From NCBI GenBank assembly GCA_016706365.1, contig JADJJU010000011.1, positions 77,654 to 141,653 of the forward strand: a DNA stretch of 64,000 nucleotides. Direction: 5' to 3'. The DNA comes from Saprospiraceae bacterium. Lineage in GTDB: Bacteria; Bacteroidota; Bacteroidia; Chitinophagales; Saprospiraceae. The position numbers were made by a program, and so were the translations under genes. Of the stretch, positions 1-8,845 are shown piece by piece. Numbering within the stretch: the stretch's first letter is position 1; the number at the start of each line of letters is the position of its first letter. The notes under the pieces were generated by a model. The model worked only from the letters and a program-made list of their open reading frames with translations, made no database searches and was not told the DNA's origin.

Positions 1-117
1 TTGCTGGCAAAGCAGGGGCATTATGAATTATCTGAAAGAATATATGAGCGATTACGCTTGATATATCCGGAAAAAAGTAGTTACTTTGCGGGCCTAATTA
101 AAAAATTAAAATCATAA
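1..117 (+). CDS. 3-prime end of an upstream CDS (partial; helical TPR-like tail LLAKQGHYELSERIYERLRLIYPEKSSYFAGLIKKLKS*)
   Basis: Frame 1 is open from the window edge to TAA at 115-117, on the same strand and 9 nt upstream of secG. Confidence 0.5.
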   Translation: MLAKQGHYELSERIYERLRLIYPEKSSYFAGLIKKLKS

Positions 118-126
118 TCATAAGTT

Positions 127-390
127 ATGTTAACTGGAATTACAATTTTGATCGCTCTGGTATGTGTTGTATTGATGGCAGCGGTATTGATCCAGAATCC
201 AAAAGGAGGAGGAATTGATTCTACTTTCGGAGGTGCCGGAGCAAACCAGATGTTTGGTGCAGCGAAATCTGCGGACTTCATCGTGAAGATCACATGGGGA
301 TTGGCAGCAGCTTTAATGATACTTTGTGTATTAGCAGCAGTATTCATTGATACTCCCGGAGCTACAGATGTTCCATTGTTGACTCAATAA
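127..390 (+). CDS. secG: preprotein translocase subunit SecG
   Basis: 87 aa with two TM helices and the SecG signature LIQNPKGGGIDSTFGGAGANQMFG; followed by an intrinsic terminator. Confidence 0.9.
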   Translation: MLTGITILIALVCVVLMAAVLIQNPKGGGIDSTFGGAGANQMFGAAKSADFIVKITWGLAAALMILCVLAAVFIDTPGATDVPLLTQ

Positions 391-426
391 GAGAAAGCTT
401 CCTAAAAGCGATATAGCAGAATCAGA

Positions 427-452
427 GCAACTCCATATGGGGTTGCTTTTTT
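427..452 (+). terminator. rho-independent terminator after secG
   Basis: GCAACTCC-atat-GGGGTTGC stem (8 bp, one G.U) followed by TTTTTT. Confidence 0.75.
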
Positions 453-468
453 AGTTTCGGGGAGAATG

Positions 469-735
469 AACAGCCGCTTAGGCAATATAATGTTAAAAAC
501 GAAAAAATAGGAAAAAAATTTAGCTTCTGCAAAGAAGGGAAGAATCAGTGAGAAGAAAAGAGAAGCTAAGAACATTGGGAAGGAATTGAACATGAGTTAG
601 AAGGGACGGAGGAGCGAAAGCGAAGTGCGCACCCCCCGGGAAATCTAAGACCTTAGGCTGTTGGCTTTTAGCTATTGGCGAACAGCCGAAGGCTTCTAGC
701 TTCTGGCCTCTGGCCTGTGGCTGAACAGCCAGTTT
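469..735. repeat. mosaic low-complexity intergenic block (AACAGCC-punctuated)
   Basis: AACAGCC at 469, 681 and 724; purine-rich stuttered words at about 490-640; hairpin GGCTGTT(656-662)/AACAGCC(681-687); words TTGGCTTTTAGCTATTGGC and GCTTCTAGCTTCTGGCCTCTGGCC are shared with other loci. Confidence 0.8.
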
Positions 736-956
736 GAGTGAAGCGTTGGGGTTGGTATCTTCTCCGACTCAAACAGACTCACACCCAAACAAACTCACAC
801 TCTACACCCCAGACTCAGCCGCGGGCTCCGCACGCACATCACCTCCGAAAAAAATTGACTGCGAAGCAGACAATTTTTTTCGGAGACATCACTTCTTCGT
901 GGCGTAGCCGGGAAGAAACATCACCTTTCAAGCCGTAGGCGTGGAAAGACATCACC
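724..956 (+). repeat. copy A of a conserved ~235-nt intergenic module (AACAGCCAG, G/T arm, C/A-rich words, ACATCAC hairpin array 836-956)
   Basis: Aligns by eye along its whole length with 3542-3774; ACATCAC(C) at 836, 886, 918 and 949. Confidence 0.85.
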
Positions 957-1018
957 TTATCACGTGTTAAGCCGGGAGAGCAGTCGCTATTGTTTCACAA
1001 ATCATTTACAATTCTGAA

Positions 1019-3364
1019 TCAAATACTGTACTTCGCACTCAGCAGGAATATTCTTGTTTCTCTTTTAGAATAGAAGGTATGGGAAAAGGTATCGGTCAAA
1101 CTGTTACCGGCAAAGCGGCGGGTATCGAATATGTCCCGAACACTTAGAGAAACAGATGCTTTTTTATTGAACAATGTTTTCTGAATACTGGCATCCATGA
1201 AATACTGTTCCAGGTCTTTGCCCTGAGCCTCGATTTCAGGAGAATCATAATTGAAAACAAGTTGCAGGGTAAATCCAAGCGGGAGTCTGAAATCTGATGT
1301 AATTTTTGTGTTAAACGCTACACCACTATTCACAAATTCATCACTGATATTGGATCCATCCACATCAATCATGAAAGCTGTGGCACTACCGGTAAGAGTA
1401 ATCCAGGAAGCAAACTCAGAAACACCGATTGCCTCCACTCCATAAGATTCCGCACTATTTAAATTTTCAGGTTGCGAATAGGAAATACCATCCTCTACAT
1501 AGGTGATAAAATCCAACTGTCCATTGACTTGTCGGTAAAAGAAATTCGTTGTGAAGCTTGCCTTGTCCACTTCAAAAATATGACCGAGCTCCAGGGAGTT
1601 AATTAATTCAGGTTGTAGATTAGGATTCCCTCTTCTTACATTCAATGAATCTGTTATATCCGGGAATGGATTCAATCTCCAGGCAGTTGGTCTGTCAATC
1701 CTGCGGCTGTATGTGAATTTTGCAGCATGCTTATCATTAAGACGATATAGAGTCTGTAGGCTGGGAAATAAATTGAAATAGCTCTGGGTATTGCGCTGAT
1801 CTGTATTGTGCAGGTAAGTTTCGAAGTTGGTCAATTCTCCCCGGAGACCTGCTGTGATGTCCCATTTACCAGAAGTTCTTGCAAGAATTACATAAGCTGC
1901 GTGAATTCTATCCCTGTAATCAAAGCGATTACTGATAGCAGGATCTTCCTCAAAGATTTGACCTGGTTCATTGAATCGGGCAAAGTCATAATCGTATTCA
2001 AAATTTCTGATATTGGACTTCAGACCTGCCTCCATTTTCATACTCTCATTAATAGGATGGATGTAATCCCCCTGAAAAATATAATTAAAACGCTTTTCAT
2101 CCGTAAATGCTCTCTCCTGCCCTTCCGGATCAAATCCAGGAATTTGTACGTCTCTGAAAATGTCTATTTGCTGAGTTTTATACTGATTTGTGTATGATTG
2201 ACTCGCCATCATTTTGAATGAACGCTCTTTATTGTCGAAAGTCCTTTCGTAAATCAAGGCATTGTCTAATCCATCATCAGTTTCGGACTCAGTATTTCTT
2301 CTGACATATTCCTGCAATAATTCGCCGGATTCCAGGCTTGTTAACCTTGAATATAGCGTATTCAAATCATTATCAAGGCTGGTATTATATACTCCCTCGT
2401 AGCTCAGAATATTTTTTCCAAAATAATAATCTCCGCCATAAGTAAAGTTGTGCCCCAGATTATCGCTTTTATTGGCTGTTTCCTGTCGCAGAAATTCACC
2501 TTCTCCAAAAATTTCTCTGTCTCTTACCCTTGTGCCTACATTAAGCCATCGTCTCAAGTTGTAACCACCATAGATATTGAATTCAATAGCCCGATGATTG
2601 AGTTGTGCCCCCAGATTCATACGTCCCCGAGTACCATAAAGTGCATCGATATTGGCATTGGTGCCTAAATTATCCCCTTTTTTCAGAATGATATCTATAA
2701 TTCCTGCTTCGGCTTCTGCATCATAGCGGGCATTTGGATTGTTGATGATTTTGATTTGCTCGATAGCTGAGGCCGGTATTCTTTCAAGGTTTTGAGTCAG
2801 AGAAGAATTGCGGCCATTTATCAGCACATTGGTACCTGAACTACCACGCAGAGATACAGATCCATCATCGCTCACACTTACTGAAGGTGTATTTCTAAGA
2901 ATATCCAGCAAAGTACCACCAAGATTAGAAAGATTTTGATCAGGATTGATGGTGAGCCCCTCGACATTTGTTCGCATTTGAAGCTTCGAACTTTGAACTA
3001 CGACTTCACCGAGCTGCATGGATTCATCTGCCAACTCGATTTCTCCCATATCTACATCTGAATCAACAATTACATTTGGAATTACCAGATCTTCATATCC
3101 CAACAGGAAAAATTTAATTGTGTAAGTTCCAGTATATATTTTCATACTAAAATTACCATCAAGGTCTGTTTCAGCGGACACTAAAGGTGTTGTCTGCTCT
3201 CCTGTAAATGCTGCTACCTGAAGGAAGGAAACGGGTTGATTTGTCTTTTCATCGAGCACTTTTCCGCTGACTGTGAGCAGCTCAATATCGTATTGAGCGA
3301 ATGTATTTGCAGAGAAAAATAATAAGATAAAAGTAAATATGCTATATTTTATTAATATATTCAT
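1019..3364 (-). CDS. TonB-dependent-receptor-like outer membrane beta-barrel protein with N-terminal carboxypeptidase-regulatory-like domain
   Basis: 781 aa; signal peptide ending FAQ; CarbopepD_reg-like VSGKVLDEKTNQPVSFLQV; plug-like SVSLRGSSGTNVLINGR; long beta-rich C-terminal part. Confidence 0.8.
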   Translation of the reverse strand: MNILIKYSIFTFILLFFSANTFAQYDIELLTVSGKVLDEKTNQPVSFLQVAAFTGEQTTPLVSAETDLDGNFSMKIYTGTYTIKFFLLGYEDLVIPNVIVDSDVDMGEIELADESMQLGEVVVQSSKLQMRTNVEGLTINPDQNLSNLGGTLLDILRNTPSVSVSDDGSVSLRGSSGTNVLINGRNSSLTQNLERIPASAIEQIKIINNPNARYDAEAEAGIIDIILKKGDNLGTNANIDALYGTRGRMNLGAQLNHRAIEFNIYGGYNLRRWLNVGTRVRDREIFGEGEFLRQETANKSDNLGHNFTYGGDYYFGKNILSYEGVYNTSLDNDLNTLYSRLTSLESGELLQEYVRRNTESETDDGLDNALIYERTFDNKERSFKMMASQSYTNQYKTQQIDIFRDVQIPGFDPEGQERAFTDEKRFNYIFQGDYIHPINESMKMEAGLKSNIRNFEYDYDFARFNEPGQIFEEDPAISNRFDYRDRIHAAYVILARTSGKWDITAGLRGELTNFETYLHNTDQRNTQSYFNLFPSLQTLYRLNDKHAAKFTYSRRIDRPTAWRLNPFPDITDSLNVRRGNPNLQPELINSLELGHIFEVDKASFTTNFFYRQVNGQLDFITYVEDGISYSQPENLNSAESYGVEAIGVSEFASWITLTGSATAFMIDVDGSNISDEFVNSGVAFNTKITSDFRLPLGFTLQLVFNYDSPEIEAQGKDLEQYFMDASIQKTLFNKKASVSLSVRDIFDTRRFAGNSLTDTFSHTFYSKRETRIFLLSAKYSI

Positions 3365-3451
3365 TATTGAAGAATCAAGGAGTTACTGTTTGAGGGTACA
3401 ATAAAAATGATACGAAATTGTTTTTGCAAATATCTTAAATAAAACTTAAAA

Positions 3452-3548
3452 AACAGCTGCAACCTTGTTGCTGGTTGCTGGTTGCTGGTTGCTGGTTGCT
3501 GGTGAACAGCCGCTTCTAGCTCTGGCTTTTGGCTTTTGGCAAACAGCC
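3452..3548. repeat. AACAGCC-punctuated module including heptanucleotide microsatellite (GTTGCTG)x5 at 3467-3501
   Basis: AACAGCT at 3452, AACAGCC at 3505 and 3542; five exact tandem GTTGCTG units; words CTTCTAGCTCTGGCTTTTGGCTTTTGGC. Confidence 0.85.
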
Positions 3549-3774
3549 AGTGTGGGTGAAACGCTTGGTGTTTGTATCTTCTCCAACTCAAACTGACTCA
3601 CACCCATACAAACTCACGCTCTACACCCTGAACTCAATCGGGGGCTCCGCACGCACATCACCTCAGCAATAAATTGACTGCAAAGCAGACAATTTATTGC
3701 TGAGACATCACTTCTTCGCGGCGTAGCCATGAAGAAACATCACCTTTCCAGCCGCAGGTGCAGAAAGACATCAC
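3542..3774 (+). repeat. copy B of the ~235-nt intergenic module (ACATCAC hairpin array 3655-3774)
   Basis: Collinear with 724-956; ACATCAC(C) at 3655, 3705, 3737 and 3768. Confidence 0.85.
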
Positions 3775-3819
3775 AGCAGCTCCACACTCAAATTTAAAAT
3801 TAAAACAAAAAATATTTCC

Positions 3820-3846
3820 GCAATCAAATAATTGCACATATATTTG
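3820..3846 (+). promoter_or_regulatory. candidate promoter/operator of the arsR-SRPBCC pair
   Basis: Inverted repeat GCAAT-caaata-ATTGC (3820-3835) next to a Bacteroidota-type -7 box TATATTTG (3839-3846), 30 nt upstream of the ATG at 3876. Confidence 0.3.
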
Positions 3847-3875
3847 CAACCATTCAGTAGCACAAATAAATCATT

Positions 3876-4202
3876 ATGAGAAGAGACATATTTCAAGCCA
3901 TAGCAGATCCTACCAGAAGGGCAATTCTGAGTTTGATAGCTCTGCAGGCAATGACACCCAATGCACTTGCCACCCATTTTGACAGCAGCAGACAGGCAGT
4001 TTCGAAGCATATCAAGATCCTGACAGAATGCAAACTGATAGAACAAAAACAGGATGGCAGGGAAATTTATTACCATTTTAATCCCGAGAAAATGAAAGAA
4101 GTAGATCAATGGATAGAGCAATTCCGTAAAATATGGGAGCGACGATTTGATCAATTGGACCAGGTATTGCTCAACATGAAAAATAAAAAGAATGAGAAGT
4201 GA
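3876..4202 (+). CDS. ArsR/SmtB family winged-helix transcriptional regulator
   Basis: 108 aa; [16 protein letters not shown] ... [28 protein letters not shown] pattern. Confidence 0.85.
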   Translation: MRRDIFQAIADPTRRAILSLIALQAMTPNALATHFDSSRQAVSKHIKILTECKLIEQKQDGREIYYHFNPEKMKEVDQWIEQFRKIWERRFDQLDQVLLNMKNKKNEK

Positions 4203-4698
4203 TCGTCCAACGGAAATTGTAAAAGACTTACCAAATAAAGTAATTACAATCATGCGATACTTCCATGCTGATCCTGAACAAGTCTGGAGGGCATGGACAG
4301 AAAGTGCATTCCTGGATCTATGGTGGGCGGCAAAACCATATAGGGCAGAAACCAAATTACATGATTTCAGAAACGGAGGTCATTGGCTATATGCGATGGT
4401 TGGTCCTGACGATTCCAGGATTTACGCAAGAGCAGACTATTCTGACATTGAAAATGGAAAAAGCTTTAGGGCTGTGGACAGCTTTTGCGATGAAAATGGA
4501 GAAGCTGAAACAGGTTTTCCGGGAATGAAATGGTACAACCAATTTATTCAGGATGAGCAAGGCACAAAAGTGATCGTTGAAATTCACTTCAAAGATGAAG
4601 ATACATTGAATTCCATAATTGAAATGGGCTTCCAGGAAGGATTCACAGCCGCTATGAGCAATTTAGATCTGTATCTCAAAACGCAATTCAGAAACTGA
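4192..4698 (+). CDS. SRPBCC (AHSA1/Aha1-like) domain protein
   Basis: 168 aa; [22 protein letters not shown] motif; overlaps arsR by 11 nt, which is the usual ArsR+SRPBCC pairing. Confidence 0.8.
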   Translation: MRSDRPTEIVKDLPNKVITIMRYFHADPEQVWRAWTESAFLDLWWAAKPYRAETKLHDFRNGGHWLYAMVGPDDSRIYARADYSDIENGKSFRAVDSFCDENGEAETGFPGMKWYNQFIQDEQGTKVIVEIHFKDEDTLNSIIEMGFQEGFTAAMSNLDLYLKTQFRN

Positions 4699-5057
4699 AA
4701 GTGAAAGGAAAAAGCAGGGCCTTGAGGCGGATCGGCTTATTAGAGTAAGATAGTAGATTGGGCAAAATCATTCCTACATTGGATGCATTCAAAATAAAAG
4801 AATCAGGGACTGATTTCGAGGCTGAAAAGCAGAAATGGATTTTATTAATCAATGCGTATGAGCATTTTTCCAATCCTGGATTCATTCATGTTTCTTTGGA
4901 AAAATGACCATTGAACAAATTGGTATTCTGGCATTTAAGCATTAAGACCATCATCTCAGGCAGTTTAATGTCTGATCTAAAACATAGAGTTGTGAACAAC
5001 GATTTTTGAAAGTATCTGTTAGCAGGATAATTAAGAATTGTTAATTTACAGCCTTCT

Positions 5058-6215
5058 ATGAAAATAACCAGACTATTTAAAGAATTTTTTGATACTGAAA
5101 AAGCAGGCGGTCTTACGCTAATTGCATTCACTTTATTGTCACTCATCCTGGCAAATTCAGGTTTTGGTGAATCATATCATCATTTGTGGGAGGGATCTAT
5201 TGCAGGTCTCAGTTTAGAACATTGGATCAATGATGGTCTGATGGCGATTTTCTTTTTACTAATAGGGCTGGAACTGGAAAGAGAGATTTACAAAGGAGAG
5301 CTGTCAAATATAAAAGATGCAATGTTTCCCATATTTGGAGCATTGGGAGGAATGTTCGTCCCTGCTGCTTTGTTCTTGGCATACAATTATGGAACATCCA
5401 CTCAATCAGGAGCGGGTATTCCTATGGCCACCGATATTGCTTTTGCACTAGGAATATTGTCCTTACTTGGCAACAGAGTTCCGGCATCTCTAAAAATATT
5501 TTTGACTGCACTTGCAGTGATAGATGATCTTGGAGCAATTATGATTATTGCCATTTTTTATACAAAGACATTAATATGGGCAAATCTTTTATTTGCTTTA
5601 GGGATATTTAGTGTTCTTCTGGTGTTAAACCGCCTCAAAGTGCATAACTTAATTCCGTACATAATAGGTGGAATAGTTATGTGGTACTTCATGCTGCATT
5701 CAGGGGTTCATGCAACTATCACAGGTGTATTATTAGCTTTTGCCATTCCATTTGGGGATGGAGGAAAACAATCTCCATCTTACATTCTGCAGCATATTTT
5801 ACATAAGCCGGTCGCTTTTCTGATTATACCCATATTTGCATTGGCCAACACAGCCATTATATTCAGCGGTGACATAGTTGATATTTTAAGTCAGGATTAC
5901 AGCATAGGAATTGTCCTTGGTTTGGTTGTTGGTAAGCCACTGGGGATTTTCCTGTTAGCATATTTTGCAGTTGCAATCGGACTTTGCAAACTCCCTGAAG
6001 ATCTAAACTGGAAGGCTATAATAGGCGTCGGTTTTTTAGGCGGAATAGGATTTACAATGTCTATATTCATAACACTCCTTGCCTTCGATGATGCAGCTAT
6101 CATTAATAATGCCAAGCTTGTCATTTTAATTTCCTCCCTAATTGCCGGTCTTATTGGTTTTTTAAGTTTGAAATTCAGCTTGAAAAAAGAGGTGGTGGAG
6201 GATTTGGTGGAGTAA
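5058..6215 (+). CDS. nhaA: Na+/H+ antiporter NhaA
   Basis: 385 aa polytopic; NhaA motifs GIPMATDIAFALGIL and AVIDDLGAIMIIAIFY. Confidence 0.9.
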   Translation: MKITRLFKEFFDTEKAGGLTLIAFTLLSLILANSGFGESYHHLWEGSIAGLSLEHWINDGLMAIFFLLIGLELEREIYKGELSNIKDAMFPIFGALGGMFVPAALFLAYNYGTSTQSGAGIPMATDIAFALGILSLLGNRVPASLKIFLTALAVIDDLGAIMIIAIFYTKTLIWANLLFALGIFSVLLVLNRLKVHNLIPYIIGGIVMWYFMLHSGVHATITGVLLAFAIPFGDGGKQSPSYILQHILHKPVAFLIIPIFALANTAIIFSGDIVDILSQDYSIGIVLGLVVGKPLGIFLLAYFAVAIGLCKLPEDLNWKAIIGVGFLGGIGFTMSIFITLLAFDDAAIINNAKLVILISSLIAGLIGFLSLKFSLKKEVVEDLVE

Positions 6216-6282
6216 TCAGAAATTTTTAACACCAGGAATACGATGCATTGTTTTTTGCTATCATTCGCCGATACCTAGTTTA

Positions 6283-7050
6283 ATGCAAATAAATAATACT
6301 TTGAAAATGACAAAATCACTGATATCTCTTCTTTTTTTATTCACTATGCTCACTTCCTTCGGTCAGAAAAAATTTGATAATAAACTAAGCGAAACTCACA
6401 TTGCAGTTAAGGGCACTAAAATCAGTTTGATTCCACCTCCAGATTTCACTAAAGCCAGCAACTTCAATGGTTTTGAAGAAGAGGAAAGCAGTTCCAGTAT
6501 CATGGTTCTTGACTTGCCAACGTCTTATGCAGACATAAGCGGAAGTCTTACTAAAGCAAATCTTGCAAAGCAAGGTGTAGAAGCAGAACAAATTGAAGAA
6601 ATAATAGTAAATGGCTTGCCTGCGCTTTTTATATCAGGTCAGCAAATGGCTTATGGTGAACTATTTGGGAAGTACATATTGGTTTTCGGGACTGAGAAGG
6701 AGACAATAATAATCAATGGAGCATTTCCAAAGGAACTTGAAGAGCTGGGTCCAGAGATCAAAAAAGCCATGCTTACCATTTATTATGAAAGGGAGAAAAT
6801 ATTAGATCCGTTTGAAAACCTTGATTTTTCCGTTGATCCAAAAGGCACTAAATTAAAATTTGCAGGTAATGTTTCTGGTTCACTATTGTTCACTGTGGAT
6901 GCACAAGTACCGACATTGACTGATGACAAAACTAACCTGATTGTAGCAAAATCAATATCCGCGGTAAATGCGGGCGATAAAAAAACTTTTTCAATCAACA
7001 GATTAAATAAAACTCCACTTAAACATAGAAAAAATACAATATACAAATGA
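6283..7050 (+). CDS. hypothetical secreted protein, N-terminal part of a frameshifted gene
   Basis: Signal peptide; the reading frame continues in frame +1 as ORF 7067-7249. Confidence 0.6.
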   Translation: MQINNTLKMTKSLISLLFLFTMLTSFGQKKFDNKLSETHIAVKGTKISLIPPPDFTKASNFNGFEEEESSSSIMVLDLPTSYADISGSLTKANLAKQGVEAEQIEEIIVNGLPALFISGQQMAYGELFGKYILVFGTEKETIIINGAFPKELEELGPEIKKAMLTIYYEREKILDPFENLDFSVDPKGTKLKFAGNVSGSLLFTVDAQVPTLTDDKTNLIVAKSISAVNAGDKKTFSINRLNKTPLKHRKNTIYK

Positions 7051-7066
7051 GATCAGTATTGATGGT

Positions 7067-7249
7067 TTGGATGGATATGAAATCCTGGCATTAGGAAAAG
7101 ACAAGAAAACCGGAGAAATGGAAAGCATTTATCAAGTAATTCTATTTACAGATAGTGTCTATTATATGCTTCTTGGAACAACTAATGATCAGACTGAAAG
7201 TAGTATTGCAGATATAAGAAAAGTTGTAAAGACGTTTAGGAGAAAATAG
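7067..7249 (+). pseudogene. C-terminal part of the 6283 gene (frame-shifted continuation)
   Basis: Frame 2 is open from 7007 (..IEKIQYTNEISIDGLDGYEIL..) and overlaps the end of the frame-1 ORF; an A6 run lies at 7027-7032. Confidence 0.5.
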
Positions 7250-7330
7250 TTATTCTTGAATATTTATGAACTTCGTCATTGCAACGCTACTTTCTTAACC
7301 TACATCAATGGTATCTTGTTTATTAGCTTA

Positions 7331-7338
7331 TAACTTTG
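7331..7338 (+). promoter_or_regulatory. candidate -7 promoter box TAACTTTG
   Basis: Matches the Bacteroidota TAnnTTTG consensus 27 nt upstream of the pirin ATG; no well-spaced -33 TTG. Confidence 0.35.
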
Positions 7339-7364
7339 TTATATCAAATTAATAAACAAATATC

Positions 7365-8243
7365 ATGTCAACAAGAAGCATAGAAGTAGTAGTCCCGCCA
7401 AGAGAGCCACATTATGTAGGCGATGGATTTAGAGTACATAATTTCATTCCGGGAGGATACAGACTGGATATGAAAAGAATGGATCCCTTCATCATGCTGG
7501 ACTACAATTCAAAATTTTATTTTCCACCATCTGATACTCCCAGAGGGGTCAGTGTGCATCCGCATCGCGGCTTTGAAACGGTCACCATTGCATATCATGG
7601 CAAAGTGGCGCATCATGATAGCAGTGGAGGTGGCGGAGTCATTGCTGAGGGAGATGTACAGTGGATGACTGCTGCATCCGGGATATTGCATAAGGAATAT
7701 CACGAAGAAAATTTCAGCAAAGCAGGAGGTGATTTTCAGATGGTACAGTTGTGGGTGAATTTACCCGCAAAGGATAAAATGTCTGCTCCAAAATACCAGG
7801 CTATTACAAATGATGCTATGGCCAAATATTCTTTGGCGGATAATGCAGGGACTATAGAAGTAATAGCTGGTGAATACCAAAACTTAAAAGGAAGTGCCAG
7901 CACCTTCACACCTGTATACTTGTTGAATGCAAAATTGAATAAAGGTGGAAAGGCAAGCTTCGATTTTCCGCTTAATTTCAATACAGGATTGTTGGTCATA
8001 GAGGGAAGTATCAGAGTAAATGGAGAAGAAGTAGTCCCTACAAATCATTTTGTACTGTTTGAGAATGACGGGACCTCATTCGAAGTAGAAGCAAGTGAAA
8101 ATGCTGTGGTACTGATCCTAAGCGGGGAACCGTTGAACGAACCGATTGCAGCTCATGGCCCATTTGTTATGAATACGCATCAGGAAATTGTCCAGGCTAT
8201 GCAGGATTTTCATGGGGGAAAATTTGGGGAATTGGAAGATTGA
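7365..8243 (+). CDS. pirin family protein (bicupin, YhhW-like)
   Basis: 292 aa; HPHRGFETVTIAYHGKVAHHDS and QWMTAASGILHKE motifs. Confidence 0.9.
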   Translation: MSTRSIEVVVPPREPHYVGDGFRVHNFIPGGYRLDMKRMDPFIMLDYNSKFYFPPSDTPRGVSVHPHRGFETVTIAYHGKVAHHDSSGGGGVIAEGDVQWMTAASGILHKEYHEENFSKAGGDFQMVQLWVNLPAKDKMSAPKYQAITNDAMAKYSLADNAGTIEVIAGEYQNLKGSASTFTPVYLLNAKLNKGGKASFDFPLNFNTGLLVIEGSIRVNGEEVVPTNHFVLFENDGTSFEVEASENAVVLILSGEPLNEPIAAHGPFVMNTHQEIVQAMQDFHGGKFGELED

Positions 8244-8249
8244 GAAAAT

Positions 8250-8441
8250 CTGGTTGCTGGTTGCTGGTTGAACAGCTAATTGGTGACTTGGTGAATTGGC
8301 GAATCAAACAGCCAATGAAACAGCCAATTACCAGCCTCGAAAACTACGAACTTAGGAGTTTTGCCCTGCATAGTCATGTGAGTGTGAGTGTGAGTGTCGT
8401 AGCTGGAAGCTACTGGAAGCATGGATGTGTGAGAAACAGCC
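8250..8441. repeat. AACAGCC-punctuated stuttered-word block
   Basis: (GGTTGCT)n at 8252-8270, AACAGCT at 8271, AACAGCC at 8307, 8319 and 8435; stutters TTGGTGACTTGGTGAATTGGCG, GTGAGTGTGAGTGTGAGTGT, GCTGGAAGCTACTGGAAGC. Confidence 0.8.
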
Positions 8442-8479
8442 GGGAAAAATTTTGAGTTATGAGATGCAATACGTTTCTG

Positions 8480-8760
8480 GAATTGAGCCTTTTCTGTGAT
8501 GGATTTAGCCCTGAAAGGGCGCCATATACCAGCGAGGCGGCGCAGCCCCTCGCGAAAAAGCCGCGAGATTACGCTTCAAACCACCCATCGGCAAAAAGCA
8601 GTGAAGCGTTTTTTCATTTAATTGTTAACAGCCGGTGTATAGAAGATCCAGCAGTGGCCAGACCTGACGCTCGCGGCAGGGCCGGGCGACAGCGAGCTGC
8701 GAAACGTAGCGCAGCCCGCAGGGATGACCGCCCAAAATATTGCCTTGAGAGACTATGGAA
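8480..8760 (+). other. GC-rich mosaic of short perfect hairpins (possible structured RNA or REP-like cluster)
   Basis: GCCC-tgaaa-GGGC 8508-8520; CGAGG/CCTCG 8533-8552; CTCGCG/CGCGAG 8549-8567; ACGCTTCA/TGAAGCGT 8571-8609 followed by a T-run; GCTCGC/GCGAGC 8669-8697; GCTGCG/CGCAGC 8696-8715. Confidence 0.6.
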
Positions 8761-8845
8761 TTCGATTTAACAGTATCTTGGGCAAAAGTAAAGGCAGAGT
8801 ATTCTTTGGTCTTGCTTCATTTCAACAACAGTATAAAGTAGGGAT

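Noticed and set aside
738-938. 66-aa ORF over intergenic module copy A, and likewise ORFs 3364-3591, 8240-8455, 8459-8770, 9615-9932, 18340-18765, 23298-23507, 46313-46591 and 61555-61800
   Set aside because: All of them lie entirely within the dispersed repeat or hairpin mosaics. Their sequences are low-complexity or Arg/Ala/Pro-rich, they have no recognisable domains, and their reading frames are not conserved between repeat copies.
836-956. CRISPR-like interpretation of the ACATCAC arrays and of the 23.6-24.2 kb tandem repeat
   Set aside because: The repeats are only 7-8 nt long. The supposed spacers are self-complementary hairpins conserved between loci, and the tandem-repeat units repeat in full. 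No cas genes are present in the window.
3771-4355. 194-aa ORF antisense to arsR/SRPBCC, and similar antisense ORFs such as 5897-6232, 11046-11447, 33825-34217, 41436-41771, 50608-51000 and 58003-58533
   Set aside because: These are shadow ORFs opposite strongly supported genes, with no motifs and with hydrophobic or low-complexity translations.
4757-4906. Possible small gene or gene remnant (LGKIIPTLDAFKIKESGTDFEAEKQKWILLINAYEHFSNPGFIHVSLEK) between the SRPBCC gene and nhaA
   Set aside because: It is only about 50 codons from a TTG, has no recognisable family, and is bounded by stops in a 360-nt gap. It could be a decayed fragment, but I cannot support it as a feature.
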